DNA from: Synechococcus sp. A15-28
GTDB lineage: Bacteria; Cyanobacteriota; Cyanobacteriia; PCC-6307; Cyanobiaceae
Assembly: GCF_014280175.1 (NCBI RefSeq)
Contig: NZ_CP047931.1
Location: forward strand, 510,001-542,000
Length of the DNA: 32,000 bases
Direction of reading: 5' to 3'
Shown piece after piece: positions 18,094-27,153 of this stretch (position 1 is the first letter of the stretch; every line of letters begins with the position of its first letter). Position numbers and translations under genes: made by a program. Under the pieces are notes generated by a model. It was not told the origin of the DNA, did not search any database, and saw nothing but the letters and a program-made list of their open reading frames with translations.

Positions 18094-19190
18094 CCAAACA
18101 TTCAGCGCGTCACCCCTCCGGCTACTGGACGTTGTTGACGTCCGGGCTCACCGTTGTGATCGCTCTGGTCGGCGCCTTGTTGATTCAGCCGCGTTTGAGT
18201 GAACGTCGGCTCGATATTGACGATCAATACATCCTCACCGCCACTGAAGTGCGGTCTCTTCCCGCGGGTACCCTCGCGGTGGTGCTGGATCGTTCCCCTG
18301 GCGAAGACCACAACGATTTCAAGTACCGCCTGCTGGAGCTGGTGCTCAAGCGCAGCGGTCGTCCCTTCGTCCTTGGACTCAGTGAAGTGGACGTCTCGCA
18401 AGATGAAGCCATTGCTGCTTTGGAACAAGGATTCGTCTTTGATTCGGCGGGCCTGCGAACCTTCACGCGCTTAGGCCGCAATCCCTTTGCCCTGAGCGTC
18501 GGTATCTATGGCGCTGGCGTGGATCTGAACCGGCGTCTGCGGGCCGTGCCCATTCCCGTCACTGGTGGCATCCTCGGACTCCGCAGCGGTTGGACCCATC
18601 GGAGTCAGATCAAGCGGCTGGCCACGATCCGCAACAAGCAGGACCTCCGCGACATCGTTCTGCTCCAAGGGGTGGGCTGGAGTGATGTGAACATCTTTGA
18701 TTCGGCGGGCCTGCGAACGTTCACTGCCCGATCGGAGAACCTATTTCGCCTGGTGGATCACCAACGGGTGCAGTTGTTCCCCAGAGGCATTGCGGAGTTG
18801 GAGCGGGAGGAACAGTTGATGGCGTCGTTTACATCCGGCACCACCCTGGATCCGAATCTGCTGCTGGCCTATCCCTACGCAGGGTTCTTTTACGTCAGTC
18901 CTGACAATCATGCACTGGCGTATGCGATTCAAAGGGGGTTTCAACGGGCGATCGCGGATGGGTCCTATCAGCAGTTGGTGGAAGAGCTGATCTTCACCCC
19001 ATGGTTGCGCCGCACGCTGTTGCTCAAGGATCGCCATGTGATTGTGTTACCCAATTCAGAGGCGGCGGATGTCCTGGAGGAGGTGGACAGCCGACATTGG
19101 ATTGTGCCCTGGCATGAACTGCTGAAAGGAGACATCCAAACCGGAAAACAGTTGTGTGCCGAGCCAAAGTTGAAGGCTCTCTGCTTTTGA
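18090..19190 (+). CDS. Membrane-anchored periplasmic binding protein-like (SBP family 3-like) receptor
   Basis: N-terminal TM (YWTLLTSGLTVVIALVGALLI) followed by a PBP2-like domain with KYRLLELVLKRSGRPFVLGLSE, LRDIVLLQGVGWSDVNIF, LFRLVDHQRVQLFPRGIAELERE and YPYAGFFYVSPDNHALAYAIQRGFQRAIADGSYQQLVEEL. Its ATG overlaps the channel stop (ATGA). Confidence 0.82.
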   Translation: MTKHSARHPSGYWTLLTSGLTVVIALVGALLIQPRLSERRLDIDDQYILTATEVRSLPAGTLAVVLDRSPGEDHNDFKYRLLELVLKRSGRPFVLGLSEVDVSQDEAIAALEQGFVFDSAGLRTFTRLGRNPFALSVGIYGAGVDLNRRLRAVPIPVTGGILGLRSGWTHRSQIKRLATIRNKQDLRDIVLLQGVGWSDVNIFDSAGLRTFTARSENLFRLVDHQRVQLFPRGIAELEREEQLMASFTSGTTLDPNLLLAYPYAGFFYVSPDNHALAYAIQRGFQRAIADGSYQQLVEELIFTPWLRRTLLLKDRHVIVLPNSEAADVLEEVDSRHWIVPWHELLKGDIQTGKQLCAEPKLKALCF

Positions 19191-19323
19191 TCCTTCCTGC
19201 AGCTGATGGGTAAAGGAATCAAGTTAAGGCGGCTGATTGCGGGCGAATATAGAAACCGTTTTTCCTGGAAATGACTCTGAGGTCGAACGAATTCAGGGCT
19301 GATTGATGCCCTGGATACTTAAA

Positions 19324-19396
19324 AGCCGATGACCTGACTTGAACAGGCGACCCACGCTTTACGAAAGCGTTGCTCTACCGGCTGAGCTACATCGGC
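19324..19396 (-). tRNA. tRNA-Thr (anticodon CGT)
   Basis: The reverse strand reads GCCGATGTAGCTCAGCCGGTAGAGCAACGCTTTCGTAAAGCGTGGGTCGCCTGTTCAAGTCAGGTCATCGGCT. Acceptor GCCGATG/CATCGGC; anticodon arm ACGCT-TTCGTAA-AGCGT. 73 nt. Confidence 0.96.
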
Positions 19397-19415
19397 GGCA
19401 AATTCAATTTAACAT

Positions 19416-19727
19416 TTGAGACTGTGCCTGGCCTCCGTTTTGGACGACAACTCAACCTCAGGGAAAGGACTGGACCCGGCATTGAGGGAACGTCTGATCC
19501 GTGAGTCACGCACTCCCTGGCGGGAGCTCCGGCGTTTGCTCTGGTTCGCTTTGTTCGCCTCCGCTGGTCTTGGGCTCTTCACCATGCTCTTCCGTGCTTC
19601 TGCCGGCGACAGCGTCGACATCTCCGATTTCGGGATCCAGGGGGGTGCTCTCGTCCTCTTCGCCAGCCTCCTCTGGTTCGACCGCAACCGCAGTGTCGAT
19701 GTCGATCAGGATGGAGTCGACGGCTGA
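19416..19727 (+). CDS. DUF3493 (LPA1-like) family membrane protein
   Basis: LDPALRERLIRESRTPWRELRRLLWFALFASAGLGLFTMLFRASAGDSVDISDFGIQGGALVLFASLLWFDRNR matches the DUF3493 pattern. The start codon is uncertain. Confidence 0.8.
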   Translation: MRLCLASVLDDNSTSGKGLDPALRERLIRESRTPWRELRRLLWFALFASAGLGLFTMLFRASAGDSVDISDFGIQGGALVLFASLLWFDRNRSVDVDQDGVDG

Positions 19728-20471
19728 GTCAGCTTCAACGATCTCTTCAGTGCTGGGTTCCGGTTCCGTTGAAGGTTCCGGAGTTGGTGATGGGGTGGGT
19801 TCCGGTTCCTGGATTGGTTCGGGTGTTGGTTCCGGTTCCGGGGTGGTTTCTGGAGTTGGTGAAGGGGTTGGTGCCGGAGGGTCAGGCCAGGTCAGGGCAT
19901 TCAACTGAAGGATCTGCAGCCCCAAGCTGGTGCGCTCCTGCTGCAATTGTTCAACGCTCCACGGCTCCGTGTCTGCGTTGGTTCCAGGTCCCCCCACCAG
20001 CAACAGCAGAGCCTGCACCAGTTGCTGGATTTGCCAGATCAGCAACGCCATCAGTGGCGCCGTTAACAGCAAAGTCACCAGTCGCGAGCTGTCCTGGAGG
20101 GGCGAAAATTCGTGGATCAGTCCCGCTGACGCATCCAGCCACCACAGCAGCGGCAACAACAGCGCTGCACCACCCACCAAGGCTGAGCGGCTCCCCCACT
20201 TGCCCTCTGAGGCGCTGAGCCTGAGCTGATCATTGCTGCGGGACCCCACAGGGCGACGGATCAGCAGCAGTGATCCCCAGTCGGCAGGTCGTTTCCAAAG
20301 CGCAACAGCCGGAGCCACAACGCCGACTCCCCAGATCAACAGGCGCTCAACGATCGGCACTGGGCCCGGATCCGCCCCTGCCAGGAGGAGGCGGATCAGC
20401 AGCAGTTCCAGGGGAATCACGCCGATGGCCAGGCATTGAAGCCAAAGCAGGGGTTCGCGACGGGACTGCAC
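19506..20471 (-). CDS. Membrane protein with long acidic Pro/Thr/Glu low-complexity C-terminal tail
   Basis: 321 aa. Four hydrophobic segments, then PPAPTPSPTPETTPEPEPTPEPIQEPEPTPSPTPEPSTEPEPSTEEIVEADS.... The tail overlaps the DUF3493 ORF antisense. Confidence 0.75.
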   Translation of the reverse strand: MQSRREPLLWLQCLAIGVIPLELLLIRLLLAGADPGPVPIVERLLIWGVGVVAPAVALWKRPADWGSLLLIRRPVGSRSNDQLRLSASEGKWGSRSALVGGAALLLPLLWWLDASAGLIHEFSPLQDSSRLVTLLLTAPLMALLIWQIQQLVQALLLLVGGPGTNADTEPWSVEQLQQERTSLGLQILQLNALTWPDPPAPTPSPTPETTPEPEPTPEPIQEPEPTPSPTPEPSTEPEPSTEEIVEADSAVDSILIDIDTAVAVEPEEAGEEDESTPLDPEIGDVDAVAGRSTEEHGEEPKTSGGEQSEPEQTPELPPGSA

Positions 20472-20485
20472 GGCGGAACGGAGCC

Positions 20486-23400
20486 TCAGGTGGTGAGTTT
20501 GCGGCGTTGGGTGACCATCTTGAATGCTTCAATCCGGTCGCCGTCTTCCCAGTTCGCGAAGCGATCGGTGCCGACACCACATTCGAAGCCGGTGGCCACT
20601 TCCTTGACGTCGTCCTTGTTGCGACGCAGGGAGTCGAGGTCGCCACTGAACACCACCTGCTTGCCGCGGTGGACCCGCACCTTGCAGTTGCGGTGCAGTT
20701 TGCCGGTGGTGACGTAACAGCCGGCCACAGCGCTCTTGCCGATGGTGAACACGGCCCGCACTTCGGCTTCGCCGAGCGGCTCCTCCACCAATTCCGGCTC
20801 CAGCAGACCTTCCATCGCCAGCTGAATGTCCTCCAGCAGCTTGTAGATCACGTCGTAGTCGCGCACATCGACGCCGGTGGCGTCCGCTGCCTTCTTGGCA
20901 CCGGAGGCCATCGAGGTGTTGAAGCCCACGATGACGGCGCCGGAGGCTGCGGCCAGATCCACGTCCGTTTCGGTGATCTCACCCGGTGCCGAGAGCAGCA
21001 CCCGCACTTGGACCTCGTCCTTGGGCAATTGCTCCAGGGAGCCGAGAATCGCTTCAACGGAACCCTGCACATCGGCCTTGAGGATGAGGTTGAGCTCCTT
21101 GAGCTCGCCTTCATTGGCCTGACCGGACATCGCCGTGAGCGACACCCGGCGCGAGGCCATCTGCTGTGCCAGGCGGGTCGCCCTGGCGTCAGAGGCACGA
21201 TCGCCCACCACGGCCCTGGCGGACTTCTCATCCGGGTAAACCTCGAACTCATCACCGGCGGTGGGAACCTCGCTGAAGCCCAGGGCTTCAACGGCATAGG
21301 AAGGGCCTGCTTCCTTGAGGCGTTGGCGGTTGTCATCTACCATGGCGCGCACCTTGCCCAGCACGGGGCCGGCAGCGACAACGTCGCCGGTCTTAAGGGT
21401 GCCGTTCTGCACCAGCAGCGTGGCCACAGGACCCTTGGCCTTGTCCAGGTGCGCTTCGATCACGGTTCCGCGGGCCATGCGATCGGGGTTGGCCTGAAGG
21501 TCTTCCACCTCGGTCACGAGCAGCAGCATCTCCAGCAGCTTGTCGATGTTCTCTCCTTTGATGGCGCTCACAGGCACCATCACCACCTCACCGCCCCAGT
21601 CTTCGGCCAGAAGGTTCTGTTCGGACAGCTCCTGCTTCACCCGGTCGGGTGAAGCTCCTTCCTTATCGATCTTGTTGATCGCCACCACAATCGGCACTTC
21701 AGCGGCACGGGCGTGGCTGATCGCCTCGAGGGTCTGGGGACGCACGCCGTCATCGGCGGCGACCACCAGTACGGCCACGTCGGTCACCTTCGTGCCGCGG
21801 GCCCGCATGGCGGTGAACGCTTCGTGGCCAGGGGTGTCGAGGAAGGTGAGCTTTCGGGCTTCGTTGTTGTGGTCGATCTCGACCTGGTAAGCACCGATGT
21901 GCTGGGTGATGCCCCCGGCTTCGCCGGCGGCCACCCGCGCCTTGCGGATGGCGTCGAGAAGGCTGGTCTTGCCATGGTCGACGTGACCCATGACGGTGAC
22001 CACGGGCGGACGACGGATCAGGTGTTCCTTGTCTGTCTCCTCGATCATCTCGACGGTCTTCTTGGCCGCCTCCTCCACGTCGTCCTGAAGCACAGGGACG
22101 CCGAACTCCTCCGCCACCGTCTCGATGGTGGGCATGTCCAGGGTCTGGGTGACCGTGGCGATGATCCCCTTGAAGAACAGTGATTTGATGATCTCGGAGC
22201 TCTCGACGCTGAGCATGTCGGCCAGCTCCTGCACCGTGAGGTTGTCCTCCGGAACGACGATCATTTCTGGCCGCACCTGCTTGGCCTCGCGTGCGGCCCG
22301 CAGTTCCATCGCCCGGCGCCGTTGGCGCTGACGGGTGGTTTCCTTCTTGCGCTTGCGCATGGCGGCAACTGGCTTGGGTGCCTTGCGCTGCTGCGACTTC
22401 GGTTTGGCCGGTCGAGCCAGGCTCGCCGACAGCACCATGTTCTCCTGTTCGCCGGCGAAACCACCGGTCTGAGCGGCCAGGGAATCGTCGTTTTCCCCGA
22501 TGATGTGCACCTTTTGGCGCTGCTTCTGGGGGGAACGCCGCCGCAGGGCTTCCAGCTTGGCGCTGTCGTCCCAGTCGGGACGTCCAGGGCGGCGTTGGCC
22601 GCCAGGCGCACCTGGACGGAACCCAGGCCGACGTGGTGCCGTTGGAGCCGCAGGCCGTGCCACCGGAGGTGTGGCTGTCCCGGCACCTTCGCCCGGCTTG
22701 GTCGGGGCATCGGGCCGGCGTGGGGCAGGAGCCGTGGGGCGTCCCACAGGCTTCTGCAGTTGCATCAACTCGCCCGGTGCCACCGGTTTGCGCATGCCGC
22801 TGGGCATGCCGGGGCGTTGCGGGCCGCCTGCACCGGGTCGTGTCGGTGGAGCGGGACGACCGCCGCCTCCCGCGGAACTGCCGTCCCTGCGGATGGGCTT
22901 GCCCACCAGTTCCAGCGTGTTTCCGCCGCTGCGGGCGGGGGCCCCGGGACGTGTCGGCCGGCCGGGACTGCCGGGACGCTGAGGGACGCCGGTCCCGGGG
23001 CGTTGAGGTGACCCAGCACCACCACGGGAGGGCGCCCCCGGGGCTGGACGGCGTGGAACCGGCTTGCCCACCAGTTCAGGGCGGGGTGTCGGCCGCGTTG
23101 GCGCCCCAGCTTTGGCTGGAGCCCCAGGGCGTGCGGGAGCGGCGGGGCGGGAGGGCGCACCCGGACGGGGTGGTGATCCCGGTCGGGAGACGATCTGCGG
23201 CTTCTGCCCAGCACCTGACGTTGGGCGGCTCGGAGCTGCTGCAGGCCGCGGTGTGGGCTTGTCGGCTGTGGGGCGAGCAGGGGCCGGACGGGCCGGAGCC
23301 GGTTTGGCTGCGGCCGGTTTGGCTGCGGCTGGTTTGGCGGGTGCGGGTTTGGAGACCGTGGGACGCGCCGGTGGTGCCGATGGTTTTGACGGAGCCGCTG

Positions 23401-23962
23401 CTGCTGGTGTCGCCGGCTTGGGCTTGCTGACGACCTCCGGCTTGGCGGGCTGCGGACGCGGTGCTGGAGCGGCAGCGGGTCTTGGAACTGGTTTGGCAGG
23501 GGCTGATGGAGCTGCCGGTTTGCCAGCCGCTGGTTTGGCCGGTGTCGGTTTGGCCGGTGCAGCAGGGGCAGAGGCCTTGACGGGTGTGGGTCGGGCCGGT
23601 GCCGCCACCACCTGGGGTTTGGCCACAGGCTTCACTGGAGTTGCTGGCTTGGCTGCGGCTGCAGGCTTGGCCGGTGCTGCGGGTTTTGCCTGGGGCGGTG
23701 CCGGTTTGGCGGGCGCCGCCTTTTTCACCGACAGGATCGCCTTTCCAGGTGCCGGTTTGGCAGGTGCGGGGGCAGACGCCTTGCTGCCGTTGCCGTTGGA
23801 CTTCAGCAGGCTGCGGATCTGTCCGGCCTCGGCGTCACTGATCGAGCTGCTGTGGCTTTTGGCTGCGATCGACAGCTTCTCGGCCGCATCCAGCACGTCT
23901 TTGTTCTCGAGGCCCAGGTCCTTGGACAGCTCGTAAATTCTGACTTTGCCGCTGCTGGTCAT
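20486..23962 (-). CDS. infB: Translation initiation factor IF-2
   Basis: 1158 aa. N-terminal IF-2 motif ([24 protein letters not shown]), Ala/Pro/Lys-rich linker, and G-domain [29 protein letters not shown]. Confidence 0.98.
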   Translation of the reverse strand: MTSSGKVRIYELSKDLGLENKDVLDAAEKLSIAAKSHSSSISDAEAGQIRSLLKSNGNGSKASAPAPAKPAPGKAILSVKKAAPAKPAPPQAKPAAPAKPAAAAKPATPVKPVAKPQVVAAPARPTPVKASAPAAPAKPTPAKPAAGKPAAPSAPAKPVPRPAAAPAPRPQPAKPEVVSKPKPATPAAAAPSKPSAPPARPTVSKPAPAKPAAAKPAAAKPAPARPAPARPTADKPTPRPAAAPSRPTSGAGQKPQIVSRPGSPPRPGAPSRPAAPARPGAPAKAGAPTRPTPRPELVGKPVPRRPAPGAPSRGGAGSPQRPGTGVPQRPGSPGRPTRPGAPARSGGNTLELVGKPIRRDGSSAGGGGRPAPPTRPGAGGPQRPGMPSGMRKPVAPGELMQLQKPVGRPTAPAPRRPDAPTKPGEGAGTATPPVARPAAPTAPRRPGFRPGAPGGQRRPGRPDWDDSAKLEALRRRSPQKQRQKVHIIGENDDSLAAQTGGFAGEQENMVLSASLARPAKPKSQQRKAPKPVAAMRKRKKETTRQRQRRRAMELRAAREAKQVRPEMIVVPEDNLTVQELADMLSVESSEIIKSLFFKGIIATVTQTLDMPTIETVAEEFGVPVLQDDVEEAAKKTVEMIEETDKEHLIRRPPVVTVMGHVDHGKTSLLDAIRKARVAAGEAGGITQHIGAYQVEIDHNNEARKLTFLDTPGHEAFTAMRARGTKVTDVAVLVVAADDGVRPQTLEAISHARAAEVPIVVAINKIDKEGASPDRVKQELSEQNLLAEDWGGEVVMVPVSAIKGENIDKLLEMLLLVTEVEDLQANPDRMARGTVIEAHLDKAKGPVATLLVQNGTLKTGDVVAAGPVLGKVRAMVDDNRQRLKEAGPSYAVEALGFSEVPTAGDEFEVYPDEKSARAVVGDRASDARATRLAQQMASRRVSLTAMSGQANEGELKELNLILKADVQGSVEAILGSLEQLPKDEVQVRVLLSAPGEITETDVDLAAASGAVIVGFNTSMASGAKKAADATGVDVRDYDVIYKLLEDIQLAMEGLLEPELVEEPLGEAEVRAVFTIGKSAVAGCYVTTGKLHRNCKVRVHRGKQVVFSGDLDSLRRNKDDVKEVATGFECGVGTDRFANWEDGDRIEAFKMVTQRRKLTT

Positions 23963-24031
23963 TCAGGTCGGATCTCCGGTCGGGCCGGGCACGGTGTGCC
24001 GCGGTGGCCACACGCAATGTGGAGCCAATGT

Positions 24032-24310
24032 TCAGTTTGCCTCAGCGGTCACATCCGTGCTGTCACGGAGCCGCTGTTCCAACGCAGCGAGGATGTCGTC
24101 GGGCACCTGACAGCGCAGGGCTTTCTGAAGTCGTTTGCGGCGCCGGGCCTCCTCGAGGCATGCCTCGCGTCGACAGAGATAGGCCGATCGGCCCATGCCC
24201 CCATCAACGCGGACCCCATCCTGATGGTCTCGGATCACCCTCCAGAGGGAGCTGCGATCCAGAAGCTGGCGGCAGGCCACACAGCGACGCAGGATGGGGC
24301 GTTGATTCAC
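24032..24310 (-). CDS. YlxR (DUF448) family protein
   Basis: RRCVACRQLLDRSSLWRVI...GRSAYLCRREACLEEARRRKRLQKAL matches the YlxR pattern, and it sits between nusA and infB. Confidence 0.9.
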   Translation of the reverse strand: MNQRPILRRCVACRQLLDRSSLWRVIRDHQDGVRVDGGMGRSAYLCRREACLEEARRRKRLQKALRCQVPDDILAALEQRLRDSTDVTAEAN

Positions 24311-25743
24311 CGGGCAACCTCGCTCTCGTCCTCAGGCGCGGTGGTCTCTGACGGCTCGCCTTCGACCATCTCGCTGCTGGCTTCGTCGCCCTCGACGTAA
24401 TCCTCCTGCCCCTCGACATAGTCCTCCTGCCCCTCGAAATAGTCCTCCTCGTCCTCAGGTAGGGGGTAGAGCTCCCGCAGGCGGGCATCTTCCTCAGCCC
24501 GAGCCGCCTGTTCCGCGGCCAGCCGTTCTTCGGCTTCCATCTGCAGGGCCTCTTCCTCCTCCCGTTGGGAGATCAGTTCCGCGACCACAGCGTCTTCCGC
24601 CGTCTGGTCGTACTCCATTGAATTTTTGATGTCGATCTTCCAGCCGGTCAACCGGGCCGCCAGTCGCACGTTCTGGCCCTCGCGGCCGATGGCCAGGCTG
24701 AGTTGGTCGGGGGGAACCAGCACATGGGCATGCTGACCGACCGGGTCCACCAGCCGGACCATCTCCACCCGGGCTGGGCTGAGGGAGTTGGCGATGTACT
24801 GGCCGGGATCCTGGGACCAGCGGATCACATCGATTTTTTCCCCGCGCAGTTCATTCACCACCTGCTGAATGCGGGAGCCGCGGGCACCGATGCAGGCGCC
24901 TACGGGATCCACTTCCCGCTCGATGCTGTCCACCGCCACCTTGGTGCGGGGGCCAACGGAGCGCGAGGGTGGGTTCGCTTCCCGGGCCACCGCCACGATC
25001 CGGACGGATCCTTCCTGGATTTCAGGGACCTCGTTCTCGAAGAGGTAAACCACCAATCCGGCATTGGAGCGGCTGACGAACAGTTGCGGGCCGCGGCGTG
25101 GAACCTCGCTCACCTCTTTGAGGAACACCTTGAAGGTGGCGTTGGCGCGGTAGTTGTCGTTGGGAAGCTGGTCTCGACGGGGCAGTTCGGCCTCCACTTC
25201 AGGCCGCCCCAGGCCTGAACTCACGGCCATGATCACGGACTGGCGCTCGAAGCGGATCACCCGAGCGGTCAGCACCGGGTCCTCCAGATCGGCGAACTCC
25301 TCCTGGATCATGCGGCGCTGTTGATCCCGAAGCTTCTGAGCCAGAACCTGTTTTGTGGTGGCAGCTGCCATGCGGCCGAAGTCCTCCTTCTCCGGCGTCA
25401 CGTCAAGCACCACCGTGTCGCCTGCCTGGGCGTCGTCCGCCACCTGCATCACCTCCGCCAGGGCGATCTGGTGGTCTTCGCTCTCCACCTCCTCCACGAT
25501 GATCTTGCTGGCCAGAACCCGGTAGCCCTCTTCCTCCAGGTCCAGACCGACATCAAAATTGCTGAAATATTCCTCGTCGAAGGGGTCTTCACTGATCCCC
25601 AGATACATGGTGCGTCGGTAGCGCTCGTAGCCCTTCAGCAGGGCTTCCCGCAGGGCCGCTTCCACCACCTGCGGAGGCAACTTCTTCTCTTCGCTGATGT
25701 CATCGATGAGGTCGCTGAGGCCTGGAAGCAGAACGAGAGCCAT
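24307..25743 (-). CDS. nusA: Transcription termination/antitermination factor NusA
   Basis: 478 aa with S1/KH features (GACIGARGSRIQQVVNELRGEKIDVIRW; LAIGREGQNVRLAARLTGWKIDI) and an acidic C-terminal tail. Confidence 0.97.
   Translation of the reverse strand: MALVLLPGLSDLIDDISEEKKLPPQVVEAALREALLKGYERYRRTMYLGISEDPFDEEYFSNFDVGLDLEEEGYRVLASKIIVEEVESEDHQIALAEVMQVADDAQAGDTVVLDVTPEKEDFGRMAAATTKQVLAQKLRDQQRRMIQEEFADLEDPVLTARVIRFERQSVIMAVSSGLGRPEVEAELPRRDQLPNDNYRANATFKVFLKEVSEVPRRGPQLFVSRSNAGLVVYLFENEVPEIQEGSVRIVAVAREANPPSRSVGPRTKVAVDSIEREVDPVGACIGARGSRIQQVVNELRGEKIDVIRWSQDPGQYIANSLSPARVEMVRLVDPVGQHAHVLVPPDQLSLAIGREGQNVRLAARLTGWKIDIKNSMEYDQTAEDAVVAELISQREEEEALQMEAEERLAAEQAARAEEDARLRELYPLPEDEEDYFEGQEDYVEGQEDYVEGDEASSEMVEGEPSETTAPEDESEVAR
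24391..24453 (-). repeat. Three 21-nt tandem units encoding the acidic repeat DYFEGQE-DYVEGQE-DYVEGDE in the NusA tail
   Basis: CTCGACGTAATCCTCCTGCCC / CTCGACATAGTCCTCCTGCCC / CTCGAAATAGTCCTCCTCGTC at 24391, 24412 and 24433. Confidence 0.85.
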
Positions 25744-25786
25744 GGAGTCGCAGTGTCAGGGGGTGTTGAGAGAGCTGTTCAGTTGG

Positions 25787-26287
25787 CTAGGAGCCAGGGG
25801 TCGTGAGGCGGACGCTGAGGACGTGATCGCGGGGAAGACGTTTGATCCGGCCGCGGATGTTGATCTGCAGCGTGTCTTCGTCCCGCTCAAGCAACAGCCC
25901 CTCCAGCCGCTGTTCGGTGCCCTCTTTGTCGCGATGCACCACGTCCACAGGGAAACCCCGGAAGGTCTGGAAGTCGCGATCACTGGACAGGGTCTCCCCG
26001 ATCCCAGGACTGCTGATTTCCAGAACATAGGCCTCGGAGAGCAGCTGGGCATTCTCGAGGGCGTCTCCAAGCGTTCCACTGAAGCCAGCGCAGTCATCAA
26101 GGCTGACGTCAGCACCATTGGAGCGGCGGATATGAACCTCGAGGGTTATCGGGGCCATATGCGTCAGCAGCTGGATTCCGCTGAGCTCAAATCCCTGCAT
26201 TCCGGCCACGGATGTGGCCAGAGTTTCGAGTTCAGGAAGCAGGGGATGCGGCAATGGAAACTGAGATCGGGCCTGCCCGACGTGCAT
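25787..26287 (-). CDS. rimP: Ribosome maturation factor RimP
   Basis: LLPELETLATSVAGMQGFELSGIQLLTH...LEVHIRR...VSLDDCAGFSGTLGDALE...YVLEISSPGIGETLSSDRDFQTFRGFPVDV. Confidence 0.93.
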   Translation of the reverse strand: MHVGQARSQFPLPHPLLPELETLATSVAGMQGFELSGIQLLTHMAPITLEVHIRRSNGADVSLDDCAGFSGTLGDALENAQLLSEAYVLEISSPGIGETLSSDRDFQTFRGFPVDVVHRDKEGTEQRLEGLLLERDEDTLQINIRGRIKRLPRDHVLSVRLTTPGS

Positions 26288-26360
26288 TCAGTTGTGGCCG
26301 ATCTCCCTCAGGAGCTGCGCGTCGGACACGACTTCAATGTATCTGACGGCCCGCCGCGCG

Positions 26361-26636
26361 TCAGGTCTTGGGCAAGTCGATGGATGGTGCATCGGGGAAG
26401 GCATCGCCCTTCTGTTCAGCACCCCTGAGCTCAGGGTCCTGATTGATGCACTGGCGTTGTTGATCAGGCGTTTTGAGGTACTGGCAGACCCGGCTCCAGA
26501 GCTTGCTGCGGCTGCCCTTGGGGCCATTGCTGAACTGCACGGCGTCCAGCGCGCCGCCATTGGATTCAATCGAGACCTGGCACAGAGGGCAGCGAAGAAT
26601 CTCCGGGGTAGCGGTCACGGTTGGAAGACGGAACAC
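26361..26636 (-). CDS. Conserved-looking hypothetical protein
   Basis: 91 aa: MFRLPTVTATPEILRCPLCQVSIESNGGALDAVQFSNGPKGSRSKLWSRVCQYLKTPDQQRQCINQDPELRGAEQ.... The composition looks coding. Confidence 0.55.
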   Translation of the reverse strand: MFRLPTVTATPEILRCPLCQVSIESNGGALDAVQFSNGPKGSRSKLWSRVCQYLKTPDQQRQCINQDPELRGAEQKGDAFPDAPSIDLPKT

Positions 26637-26677
26637 GACGAGACACTAGTCAGTGCCCCGTCTGTGGCGCTGATGGA

Positions 26678-27145
26678 TCAGTTGCAACCTTGAACGGAAA
26701 TGCGGTAGCTGAAACCGGTGGCTTTCGGGTCTTTGTTGGCCCCCACCTTGAAGTTCACCTGGCTGATGCTTTTGCCCTGCACCTGTGAGAAAGGACCGAA
26801 CATGCGGCCGGTGCCGAGTGGGGGCTGCAACTGTTCATCAGCAACTTTGAGGTTGCTGCCGTCGCTGAATTTGATAAAGGCTTCGATCGGATAGCTGGTG
26901 GAGTCGCTGGAGTCGGCCGTGAAGAACAGCTTGAAACTGCTGTAGGGCTGGTCCACCACGAAATCGGTGTTCCAGTTGGTGCGCCCGATTGTGATTCCGA
27001 TCAGGCCCTTGGGGCGTTCCACCTTCTTTTTCACGATGGCTTCGCCACTGCCAACGGGCTTAAGAAATGTGCAGGCCGCCTCAGCGGTGACGGGGGCCAG
27101 CAGCAGCAGAGCAGTGCCGCTGAGCAGTGGGATCAAACGAGACAT
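26678..27145 (-). CDS. Secreted hypothetical protein, 155 aa, immediately downstream of the GrrM-like maturase
   Basis: MSRLIPLLSGTALLLLAPVTAEA signal peptide, then ACTFLKPVGSGEAIVKKKVERPKGLIGITIGRTNWNTDFVVDQPYSSFKLFFTADSSDSTSYPIEAFIKFSDG... (beta-rich, terminal Cys pair). Confidence 0.8.
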   Translation of the reverse strand: MSRLIPLLSGTALLLLAPVTAEAACTFLKPVGSGEAIVKKKVERPKGLIGITIGRTNWNTDFVVDQPYSSFKLFFTADSSDSTSYPIEAFIKFSDGSNLKVADEQLQPPLGTGRMFGPFSQVQGKSISQVNFKVGANKDPKATGFSYRISVQGCN

Positions 27146-27153
27146 GGATCGAG

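Noticed and set aside
19501-19908. 135-aa plus-strand ORF with GSGSGVGDGVGSG tail
   Set aside because: It is the reverse reading of the Pro/Glu/Thr tail of the minus-strand membrane protein and is out of frame with DUF3493.
20270-21652. 460-aa plus-strand ORF
   Set aside because: Antisense to the G domain and C-terminus of infB; His/Gly/Arg-rich shadow translation with no recognisable motif.
22400-23700. Repetitive DNA that might suggest a CRISPR or minisatellite array
   Set aside because: Irregular codon-level repetition (GCC/CCG/GCT) encoding the IF-2 linker, with no fixed repeat-spacer periodicity. No CRISPR array was seen anywhere in the window.
23064-23936. Repetitive Gly/Ala-rich plus-strand ORF
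   Set aside because: Reverse reading of the low-complexity Ala/Pro/Lys linker of IF-2; not a silk- or collagen-like gene.
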